A model generated the notes under the pieces. The model searched no databases and was not told the origin of the DNA. It saw nothing but the letters and a program-made list of their open reading frames with translations. Shown here piece after piece: positions 13,518 to 25,004 of a DNA stretch of 64,000 nucleotides. Position 1 is the first letter of the stretch. Every line of letters starts with the position of its first letter. The translations under genes and the position numbers were made by a program. The DNA is taken from contig JAYWIR010000048.1 of assembly GCA_036172245.1 (NCBI GenBank), positions 62,001 through 126,000 on the forward strand, written 5' to 3'. The stretch comes from Raillietiella orientalis. Lineage: Eukaryota.

Positions 13518-15560
13518 TTATTTATTCCGCTTTTTTGTTGATGGTCTATCAAACACTTGTTTCATTCCGCCTGACTGTGAATTCTGAAATTTGAGATTCA
13601 TAGCTGTCTCAGCTACCCAAGGAGAATCAAAATGTGTTGTGTCTTGATCAACCAAATGCGTATATTTTGTTCGTCCACTACGACCAAAGTTTTTGACCTG
13701 AAAATAAAGTGGACCAATATTATAGGCTTCTATACATTATTAAATGATAAACTTGTTTACTTGACCTTTTAATCTTGAATATAACGATCGTAATCTAACA
13801 GATTGCAAACAACCACAGAATGAGTTTCCTACCTGCATAACTTTGGGAAGGACAGTTTTATCAAAGTGATCTTCCAAAGTTGGGGCAGCAAAATCTCTTT
13901 TAAAGACAAGATCTTCTTCATCCTGCAAAGCAATGAGAACCAGCTATCAATAATGTCTTTAGCTACCAAGTAGAAGGCTCCCCTATGATAATATTTCTGC
14001 AGAAATTTATATTTTCCTTTAATAGCTTTGTTGCTGATAACTCTTGGATTGTTTCTAAGGTCCACCCTACGCTCTTCTTCTGTCATATTTCTCAAGCGCT
14101 CTATTTCCAGATGTTCTTTCTCAAAGCTGCCAACAAAAAATCATCCAATCCAATATACCCACTTACTTTTCTTTTTCTTCCTTATCTCTCTTAATTCGAC
14201 GCAATTCTCTCACTTTCCAGGCTTCATACTCTGCCTCATCATTCTCGTCTTCAGTGTTAACATCGCCGTCCAGCTGCTTGCTCTCAATTTTGGCTTCTAT
14301 CTCCTTCCGTGCCTCTTCCTCTACCATCTACAACAAGTTCTGATCAAGAATGTGACATGTACCAGACCAACCTTCAAGGTCTGCTTCCGTCTCCTTTCTG
14401 CAAGCTTTCTTGCTTCTATTTCTAATTGCTTCTGTTTCATTATTTCTTTTTCCTTTTCCTGAATGGTAATTCTTTCCTTTTTTGGTACAAAAACTGGTTT
14501 AAGCCGGGGTCCAGTTTCTTCCTCAGATTCTGTATACTCTTCATATTCAGATTCAGTTTCTGATTCTTCTATATCAGAGAACTGTCCTTCTTCCTCAATT
14601 TTGAGGAGTTCCTGTAAATTGACTTTATGCCATGTATGAGTGTTGCTCTCCCCAGCTGATGTATACCTCCTCCTCTCTTTGCTGAGTTCTTTGCCTCAAC
14701 AAAGCTCTTCTTCGATCTATTTCCTCCTCATCCAATTCCTCATCAGTTTCGCTTTCATCACTAAATTTAGGTCGCACATAAGGTTTAGTTTCTTCTTCTT
14801 CTACTTCTTCTTTTTCATCTTCACCAAGCACTTCTGGAGCATGAATATGCCTATTGAATAAAAGTTCTAATCCACAAACAGGAAATATGCCAATAAATCA
14901 AACGTCAAAATATATCTTCACCTGTGTCTATCCCTTCCTTCCTCTTGTTCTAACAACTTTTCTCGCATTTGTAATCGCCTTAATCGAGGATCATGCTTTT
15001 CATGTTCAATACTTATATCAACTGAAATGGAAGGAGGAGAAGTTCCCTGAGTTCTACTTCCGGTACGAAAATCTTCATCACTTTCTTCTTCACTACTAGA
15101 TTCTGGTGCATACTCTGGTCTTTTACCAGAGACATATCTATGCACTTTAACCTTTTGCATAGACACTTCCCCTGAAATCAAAACATTAATAAAAACTGTA
15201 GAACGAATTCCGTGGTGTGAAAACAAATTCTTTGTGACTGAAGTTCTAATAAACATAAATAAGGATCGGATATCCAAAGCTTTCCATAGTTTCCTACTAA
15301 CATGAATTAAATAGCTAGACCATGTAATTTACAAAAAAAAATTAAAAAATACTATTTTGGGAGTGGAACGAACTACCCATTAAAAAAAATTCTTTATGCT
15401 TTTATTTGAATGCAGTTCAGGCTAACAATGATACAGTATATAATAAAGTGCAATGAAAAAAACAATGACCTTTCTCATTGAGAACTGGAACAGCACCAGC
15501 TGTTGACTGCACTGCTGACAAGCCTACTTGTTTGCTCACTTTTTCCATCGGTTGTGTCAT
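13518..15560 (-). CDS. MFAP1: Microfibrillar-associated protein 1 (spliceosome B-complex factor), multi-exon
   Basis: [116 protein letters not shown] at 15558-15560 and TAA at 13518-13520. Confidence 0.95.
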
Positions 15561-17479
15561 GTTCGTATTGTTTTTGATATTCTTAATTCTAAACAGTACT
15601 TTTCATTATGCCACATCCACTTTGAATGCAATGGAAAACATGATCACTAAAAGGGAAAAACTATTAATACTATTAACAGGAAATTAAAGCTTTTATGTGC
15701 ATTTTCAGTCAGTTACTTGCCGACATTTGTACGAAAAATGGGGTACATTTGATTAGTGAAACATTCATCCCTTCACTCCTTTCCTTATGCTTCCACTACT
15801 ATACAGGGGTACCAACAACCACAGAAGTTCATCTTAAAATAATTCCATGAAATATATGAATCCACAAGTGACTACAGCAAAACTGCAACAATCTTTTAAA
15901 ATAAGCATCCATTTATGCAGATGTATTGGTATATGTGACGCGTCAATAGACTCTAGGTCCCACATTATGAAGAAAGTTCATATTGCATCCTTGGAGATTT
16001 TATCATGATAATTAATCAACTAGATTGCCATAACTCAAAGAAATCCCACGAAGTAAAATCTTTTTACAATATGAACATTCTTTTGATATTCAGATTTATA
16101 TTCTACCAATGTGAAGTTTACCTACACACATATTGTACAGTGAGCTCATTAATCTGAGCATATGTGAGAGTGCCTCAATTTTTCTTTAAGGCCCACAAAA
16201 AAATATAAGCATAGAAACAATAATTTATTTATAATGAACTGCCACTAAATTTACAACGACTACATTAGTCTTCATAATGAATTAAATACTTTATTTAACA
16301 CTAACAGTAAGGGTAATGGTCACCATAATTTGATTTAAACACTTAAAGAAATGTCCAATGTGACTCGTACTTATTGATGTATGAGTGACACTTCGCATAT
16401 TTCTTTCTTTGAAAGTTTTCTTGGAGCATCTAGTTCCACCGACTTCAAATATGGCTTCATCATAAGCCTTCGTCAACAAGAATGTGACGATGAATGCCAA
16501 GGGTTCAAATGACAGCTGTTCCATTGCTAAGATACTAATGACAAGTTCAGTGAGTTATTTTACCATAGCACAATTCATGCTGAAAATAAAAAAATCAAAA
16601 AGCTCGCAAAACTCTGTTCATTAATTGCCGCTAAGTCTTTTTTGTCCAATGCATTCATTTTAAAGCTCTCTGCATGCTATGCAGATTGAGAAGACAGCAT
16701 AAGATTTAAAATAGATTTATGATTATTTTCCTAATTTGAAATCTGTCACACGATCCCATATCGGTGTTCTACTTCCGCCAGATATGTATCGACTGATTCC
16801 TCTGAAGCTGTGGAACCACTTCGCTCTGACAACTTCGGTTGCTTCGTGTTCTGCCCAAGTCTGTGATTCCCGTTCAATGCCTGTATGCAAAATTCTTGAA
16901 TTGCTTCCTGTTGGCAAACGCATAATGCATTCTGGCCTTCTGCATTCAAATCCGTATATTCCTATGAGAATGCTGGTATTAACGGGTGTGCACATTTGGG
17001 GTGACACACATGATTAGGGTACCACCTGCCCATGATGTGTATACCGCACTTTCTGAAGATATGTTTTATACTGATTCCATGTGATCACTTGATACGATTT
17101 TTAATTCTATCATATGACCTCGTGCCTGCACAAATTTCGAAATGAAGCGGGAAAGCTCTCGAAAGGGGAAAGCTAAATGAAACGCTAATGGCTGGAGGAA
17201 TATCAGAAATACCATCTGAAGTTGAGTACTTTTTACAGTTTCCATCCCTTCCTTTCTTTCCATTTTCTACAGGTCTGACAAGAGGTTGTGTGGATATTAT
17301 TTATACTCACAACTTGCATACAAGAAAACAAAACAGACACGTGTTCATCTGCTAAACTTAAATGTTTTGCCAGCACTACACACTTCATTTCCATTGTTTA
17401 TCAATTCAGGTACTTCATTCTTTTTGGTTCTTGCTTTCGTGTTTAGAGTGTGCTGCACTCCTGGGCGTAATCACTGATC

Positions 17480-20400
17480 TTCAAGATGAACCTGTATATC
17501 CAGGCGGGTACCCTCATACAAATTCCGATTCCTATTTACCTTCGGATCAGCTCTTTGGAGATTTTAATCGCCGGAACTGTCCGTTTTCTTTCTTTCATTT
17601 TGGTTCCTCTTATCATGACACTCGTGATGGAGAGGCCAACTGATGTCCTCACCATGGAATTGTACCATGGAACGTTGCCGTCCCTTTCAAACATTCCCGC
17701 CAGGACATCTAGTCTTGTGCTGACCCGCAGGTCCGTCACCGCCTTCAGCGCTGTCCAGGCTTGACACAGCGTTGGGCAGGTGAGCACGTGAAGCTGGATT
17801 TCCTTGTCCCCACACGTAATGCAGAACACATTCCGGATGATACTTCCACTCCAGTACTTAATCCTATAGCCACTCAGGATCCTTCGATGAAAAACATGGA
17901 GGTCATCTGGAGTATCTGGCGCGGACCCCTCCCTTAAACTGTTTCAACTGCTCTCGGCTTCATATTTCGGATCCCGAAGAGGTCGGCAGCTGTGTAAGGA
18001 ACGTGTTCTTCACTTGTTTCTTCTGTGCAACGTACTTTCGGATATTCTTTACTATTTTGGACTACCTGCAGCTCTGATTTTTCCACATTTCGCGTGTTCT
18101 GTGCGTGAATTTTGCCTTTTACCTTTTCAGTGTAGCGGAACAGTCGCATTTTATGGCTGTTGCCACTCGTAACAAACTGTTCGCGGTCCCAAATGGTCAG
18201 TTGGGATCCATGACGCGTTCATTGCCATTTTTCTAATAAAGGAAGCAAGTCACCAAGGCTAGTTCCTCATTCCAGATTTTTTCACTCTGAGGCACTATTT
18301 TCAGATAGTGAGTCCTCACCAATGCCTTCTTCGTCTTCCAGGTCGGGTTCGTATTTACCTCATCCTCTGGTTTGTCTATTAGGGTTGACATCGGACCCAA
18401 TAGAGTTGCTCAACATCTTCGAATAAGCTCTGTGAGTTGCAAACAGCCATTCGTCCCAACCATAGGTGGGATGCAGGGGTTGTCGAGAGTCCATGGTTTC
18501 CACGGAGTGTTCCAGCGACTTCATGTCAGTACCACTTCCTGCGGGAGGTATGATAAATTGCGCCTACCCGTGAGTTGAGCTCTCTCTATAGCACCTTTTG
18601 TCGCAGCTGTTCTATTTTCATTCGTGTCTTGTCCGTTAGGCGAAAGGAAAATCTCAAGAAGTGTCACTCCATTCCGCAAGTTGGCCCTCTGCCTCATGCT
18701 GAATTCGACTTGAGTGTGCTTTGATGCTTTCTCCCTTGCTATCCCTAGCATTTCTTTTGACAGCATCTGCAATTCTGAGGCATCTCTGTGGATTCCCAGG
18801 TATTTTGTGGTTTCATCCAGCCGGAATTCCTTCTCCTTTCATGTGGAGAGATCTAGAATTCTGACGCGCATCAGTTTAGACTTCTGAGAGCTTAATCTTC
18901 AGAACAATCCTTTTTCCATGGTCCTGACTGTTTCCAGGAACGTATGTTGATCTTTCTCTGCCTTCAGGAAAGAGAAGGGATCGTCCGCACACGAGTCAGC
19001 CTGTCATCATTTATTGAAATGCCTTGGAGATGTCCTCTTCGGGTCGACTAGGCTAGTTGCAGCCACCTTATAAATCAGAATCATCGGACTGAGGGCGTCT
19101 CCTTGACGAATCCCCCTTTTCATCCGTATTGCGTCTGTGTCTTGCCCGTTGATGTGATCCTTGAAATACTGCCCTTCGAGTATTTTCTCCATGTGCTCGC
19201 TCAAGTATATTAGGAAAACCCAGTTTCCTCAGTATCTTTGGCAGCATCTCGCTGTCTGCAGTGTCGAACGACTTGCTCATGTCCGTAAAAACCAGCTCCA
19301 GATCTTTACCGGAAACTTCACGTTGCTGGTAATGCGTTGTCCAGGCACCACGCATATCTGCGTGGAGAAACCATAGATGGCATGGCTTTCCTCAAACGGT
19401 TGGTCCATCTCCGCCAGTCACTTGATATCCGTGTTCAAGATGGATATAGATCGTCACAGGAAGGCTTTTACTAGATTACCTCCATTGGGCAACAATCCCG
19501 TGCTGCTTTCGTGGAACGATTCAGGAAGTCTCCGTCCTTCTTTGATTCTCAGCATCAGTTAGTGGAACAGTCGCTTGGAGGCGTGAAGATACAGCTAGTC
19601 GTGAGATATTGGCTTACTATCTGGGATGTCTCCCACGTCCTTGAGCAACCTTGCCGACCTCTTCTGTGGAAATGTCATCGTCGAGCCAACTCCTTTGTTG
19701 CTGGTTTATGCTCCTTTGAGAGTGTCCGAGGATGCTGTCTTATTTCGTCAGAAGCAGCCTTCACCGGAGATGGAAGGCATAATGGTGCTTGAAAATGTCC
19801 ACTGTTCCTTCCAACGTGTCTCGAATGGCCTTCTTACTCGACTCAGAAGGTATCTGAGGTAACGTTCTTCTCCGATTTTTCATATGAGGGCGGTCTTCAA
19901 TGTTCTTCTCCCGGTGCACCTCTTTCCTCGTCCTCCTGTCATTGCACTGCAGGCTGCGAAAGAGGCTAATCGTGTGCTTCAACCTGTCCTAGTCAGGGTG
20001 GCTCCGCGAGTGATGATGTTGCGCTTTGTCATCCTTGGTGACTTCCTAGAGACGGGAAAGAGCCTTTAAACAGGCATGCATGCAGATGAATGCATCCCTA
20101 GGACCGGATTCTTCGTTTTGACACGAGATTCTTCGTCTCCAAGGTGAATCTCAGACGGCGGTAGCCCGAAAGCAGAGTCCGTGTGTCCCGGGACCCCTAC
20201 AAGTGGTTGCCTGTGTCATTGCTGTGCATAGTGATAGCGACCTATGGCTCGCTATCAGAAACATCAGCCTGAACTTTTCGCCCTTCATTCTCGGGAATCC
20301 AAATCTAGTTTTCTTGATCTTTTCTAGCAAGTTAATGTCAATCGCGGTGATGATCGTGTCCTTGGGTCGACTTCAGTATGCAGCTTCCGCACATCCATGT
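17480..20400 (-). mobile_element. Degenerate non-LTR retrotransposon ORF2 (RT plus zf-RVT), family B
   Basis: RT motifs occur in order: LVFTDMSKSFDT, GIRQGDALSP, CADD (~18980) and KYLGI (~18795). The C-terminal finger is CITCGDKEIQLHVLTC. There are many frameshifts and the element may extend to ~21400. Confidence 0.8.
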
Positions 20401-21694
20401 TTTACTTTGCATGCACGTCCACTGGAGCAGGTGGACTTTTCCGAACCGGGACATCCGAAAACCGACAATTCAGTCAGGGCACGGAGAAAGAGAACGTTTC
20501 AAGGATGGCATGCGCGTTCCCGTTTTTCACGAGGACGGTCGTCTCCTTCCTCCTGTCTACTACGCTGACAAACAGTCTGTCGTTTGAGTTTCGAGATGAT
20601 CTCGCGGCCCATCTCGTGGGTTCCTTGCAGACACACGATGTGGTTAGGCTCGATGATTCGCGCTACGCTTCCTCGCTTTTCCTGGTTCCACAACCCTGGC
20701 TCTGAGCGGCCATTCTCATTTTGCTGAACGGCAGTAAGGAAGCAATCAAAGTTCATTTGGAGACCTTTCCCTTCTGTTTCCTTTTTTGCACCTCAGGGAG
20801 CGGAGGCAGATCCTGGGCAACAGGGCATTGGGAATACTTCCTGCATTCGTTTCTTTTGTCTGTCACGAGAACCTGCCGTAGTAACATTGCGGCGGTTCCA
20901 CTTACACTCGAATCGGATGACTCTGTTGGCCACATCCGGTCTTCCAATAAGAGCTACTCTCCATCCGAACTGTTTGCAGTTGCCACAAAATGTGGACCGC
21001 TGCCTGTATCGCACCGTTGCATCCTGGGAATGGACACCGATGCACACCACGCTGAGGATCATTGCCTTCCTTCCCCCAGTGGAGGGAATAGTCCGACCAC
21101 GGTCATTCCTTCGAATAGCCGTGGTCGGGCTCTACCGAAGCAATTCCGTTCATTTGGTTACGGAGCGTTACTTTCTGGATCTCTGTCTTGTTCTACTAGG
21201 GCAGCCCACAACCCTTCATCTTTGAAGAAGATCGTACACCCAGTGGCGGATGGCACCATTGCCATTTTTTTTAAAATCGACATTATTTTTGTGGAGTACG
21301 ACGTACGTTTGTCATTCGTAGTTTTACCGTTTTGAAGATCACTAGTTCGATCTCGGGGTCAGTGGTTTACATAGAATTTTTTATTCTTCGGATTTCAAAC
21401 ATAACGATCCTTGCACGTCGTAAAGTAGCGGACGGGCATTCAACTACTTTGTCGTCGCGGCTATCGCCACGTGGGACACCGACGATGTCGACCTCACCAT
21501 CGCGCTATATGACACTTTCTCCTGTGCTGTTAGGGAGTGTGCACTTACCTCGTCGGACGGTAGGGCGGCTGACTGGGGCTGGCACACCTCAATGCCTTCC
21601 CTGAGGAGGCATCTTGGCAGCAGCAAGCTACCGACGATATGGAAAGTCTTCTGTGAAATTTCCTCCAGAAGCAGGACGCTCACTGGTTTGACAC

Positions 21695-22560
21695 CCACTC
21701 ACGCCGGGGCGTGTATTTATTAAAAATAAAACTTAGACGTCAGTGGCAAGATGCGTGATCCTGTCACTTTACAAAATGTACAGAAAGAACCTGCCGAGAA
21801 CCAGCGCGCAGACCGACTAAGTTCGCCACGGCAGCACAGGGGAAGGAAAGACAAACGAAAAGAGAAATAGAACAAAAAAAATACAAAAAATTTGAGAGGG
21901 AGGGAAGGGGGTGATCGGGAAGGGATCATAGGTTGCTGAAGGGCGTCTGCTGCCTCCTTTGCAGGATGCCGGCAAGTTCCTGTTTTATCATTCTCATTCC
22001 CAGATAGGGGACCATCGATCCTCCTGAAGAGGACAGCAAAATAGGTGGCGCCTCCGTCGTTCTGGCCTCCTCTGGCGTAGCTCCATGCAGCCACGATCCC
22101 TCGTAGGCAGTAAAGTGCTGCTAGGGATGCGGCCGGCTTGAGGGCGTCGAGAGAGAATGGACTCTTCAAAAGGTCTCTGCAGTTGTCCTCAGGGATCCGC
22201 AGGGACGCGGCCAAGCGCCCCCATATGGGGCGCTGGGCAGCACACTCCATGAGCAGGTGCGGGCGACTCTCGGCGCACCTGCCGCAGTTCGGACTCGTCT
22301 CCTCCCTCCAATAGTGTCGGGGGGCGTTGCACGGAAGGCCCAGTGCAACAGTAAAGTCGCCGACCCCTGCCACTTTTAGGGGGACTCCAACACGCTGGGG
22401 GCCACTCGACCTCCTCCAGAGGAATTCCTAGCAGCTCTCCCAAGCGTAGCAGTCCTTTGGGTGGGGTACTCGCAGTCGCGGCGTCCTCCGGCTCCCGAGT
22501 TTTCCATTCACCCAAATGTTTTTTCCTGCTCGCTATCACGCAGATCACTTCCCACTACGC
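21695..22560 (-). mobile_element. Family A non-LTR 3' end (zf-RVT, C-terminal motif, 3' UTR)
   Basis: LGLPCNAPRHYW...PNCGRCAESRPHLLMEC...ASLAALYCLRGIVAAWS, with a T-rich UTR and AATAAA near 21720. Confidence 0.75.
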
Positions 22561-22619
22561 TCGCAGTTGACTGCCCATTGTTCTCCTTAGGGAAGACAGC
22601 ACTAGGACGAGGTGGGTGA

Positions 22620-23713
22620 ACGAGGTCCACGGCAGATTCCTGGTTTTCCTCAGAATCTCCTTCAGTGGCTAGCGAGCGTATCTGCTGTTACGTAGACAGA
22701 TGTACTCTGCCTCACTCGGGCCTTGATTTTTTTCCATGCGAACACTGACTCTTGGATCCAAGCCGTCCAGTTAGCGTGGAAGACGAAGATCCAAGGATTC
22801 TTCTGCACAAAGGCAACCATGTGTCGGAGCTGGGGGTCGAGATGGCCTAGACTTCGCTCGGTGGCCACGACGACCAAGGACTCTCACTCGTTCGACCATG
22901 GACCAGTTAACCGACGCTGAGACCCCAAATCTCCAGCCAAAAGGACTTGTGCTTTGGGGTGAGCTACTGAACATTCCCCGTGAGGATCTCAAGTGGACCC
23001 CATCACACCTGAACAACCGTAACCTCCCTTTCAAGTGGCAGGAGTCGGCGGCTCTGGTGTTGCATTGGGGTCTCCCTTGCAACTCCCGCCGATATCACTG
23101 GGCCCGGGTGTGTGTGGATCCGAACTGCAGCAGGTGCAAGGAACGTGAAACTCTTCCGCAACTGCTTGTGGACTGTGTTTCCCTGCGATTGTTTGATTCC
23201 CTCCTAGGGACGCTTTGCAGCCACGAGCCTCCGGACTCCATGTAGCAACCCCAGGGACGCGCTGAGGCCTTTGTGCACGACGCATTACCGCCTGCCGCAT
23301 CCCTAGCAGAGCTTTGCTGCCTACGCGGGATTGTGGCGGCGTGGAGTAACTCCAGTGAAGGAGGAAGAGGCTGGAACATCTATTTCACCCTACGTTTCTT
23401 ACGAAATGCCGCGAGATGGTCCCACCTGGAAAATACCAAAGAAGAACTTGCCAGCATCCTGGAAAGGATGCAGAGGACTGCCCCCAGCAGGCAGTGATTC
23501 CTTCCCGTGCCTCCCAGAGTTTATTAATATATATCTATATCTATATTGTTTCCCTTTTTCCCATCCCCTCTGCTGTCGAGGACATCCTCTCCGGTCTGCG
23601 CAACGGGAGCCGGCAAGCGTTTTAAATGACAGAACTCGATAGGGCCAATGGCTCTATCATATTGTGATGCTTATTGATTTCAATAAACGCCCGGCGATCC
23701 CGGGTGAAAATCA
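22620..23713 (+). mobile_element. Family A non-LTR 3' end (zf-RVT, C-terminal motif, 3' UTR)
   Basis: KWQESAALVLHWGLPCNSRRYHW...PNCSRCKERETLPQLLVDC and LCCLRGIVAAWS...AARWSHLENTKEELASILERMQR, with AATAAA at 23682-23687. Confidence 0.8.
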
Positions 23714-24969
23714 ATGGCGTTGCGCCTCGTCCAAATCCTCCACGCTAGCAGGCCGTAGGCGCTCTGGGGAAGTTGGGCTTCACTAATGTTGCTCACTTCT
23801 CAACAGTTGTACAGTAAGTATTTAGTATTTCGTGACCACGATCGCCTCGAGGGAGTAACTAGGAGTATTACGAGGACTGGAAATTCACCAGCTCACGCGT
23901 TATATTGTTTCACTGACATTCATTTGCAGAGTGGTTAGCGATCACCACTCCAATTTCTACTGTTTGAAAAGAGTGAAACGTCATATTCCCATCCACTGCC
24001 TTGGATGTAGATCACGGATTTGTGGAACCTTTGAGAACTCTATCTAATCTTTTGCTCTGTTTCGCAGTCTTTTCGTTCAATGCTTTCCAAGGAGTGAACC
24101 CAGGTGACAGAGGATGAGCTTTCACTATCAGAGGAAAGGCGATAAGGCGCTCATCGTGTTGGGTTGATCTAGGTGACAAAATCAGTTGAAATCTGGGAAA
24201 TACTGCTGCTCGCTTACAATTCTCGAGACCCTTCATCACCCCGGACTCAGATTCACGTTTCATAGAAAAGCTTCAGAAAGAGAAAGTTCACGTTTTCTGA
24301 AGTGCGATATCTCATAGTAATCATATGTGACTGGATTACATGAAAACTGACACTATGCGAACGCCATGGGAGTTTAGGAAGTCTCGTCGAAACTTTTCCT
24401 CGTGATTTTCAATATCACTACTAGACCGATTTTAGAAAAGCTGCTTGAACCAAAAGCTAACAAAAAAACCTAGAAAAAAAGTGCAAGGAATTTGAAAAGA
24501 CAGAAAAACCTACTGGAATCTTTGCCTTCACGATACAAGATATGTAATTAAAAGGAAAAAACAAACATAATCAGGGTTGCATTATAATATAATACTTCAT
24601 ATTATACTTATAAAGAGATCCTTAATTTTTAAAAACAGCTTTTAATTTGATATGCTAAAATAGTGAACAAAATCTTAAATTCTTGGTTAGCTGAGCCTCA
24701 GATTTCAACAGATATGCATGTCAAATCACTAAGTATACATAGGTTTTATTTAGTACACCCAATGGTTGCAGTTGTAAATTTTTGCAGACTCTTTAGAAAG
24801 CTACTGTCTACTCCCAGCAAATTTAAAAACTATATTGATGCAATCTTTCTCTTTTTCTTTTCGCCTAGCTCAAAATAATTTTCTTTTGAAATGGCATTTG
24901 ATTGTTTCGAAATCAAGGGAAGAACACAAACGTGATGATTACTATTCTTTCATCTATAAGAATAATGGT

Positions 24970-25004
24970 TTCGCTCCTCGGCCTTTTGGCTAAGGTCAAA
25001 GTGT
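24970..25004 (+). pseudogene. 5' fragment (~35 nt) of U2 snRNA
   Basis: ttcgctcctcggccttttggctaaggtcaaagtgt versus the metazoan U2 5' end ATCGCTTCTCGGCCTTTTGGCTAAGATCAA(A)GTGT, about 3 mismatches. Similarity stops before AGTATCTG. Confidence 0.85.

Noticed and set aside
14028..14861. Hydrophobic plus-strand ORFs
   Set aside because: They are antisense shadows of the Glu/Lys/Arg-rich MFAP1 exons.
21520..21660. HDV-like ribozyme candidate on the minus strand (gcc-tcctc...ggc, ctaa-cagca)
   Set aside because: The L3 loop is too long and P1/P2 could not be placed in the required order.
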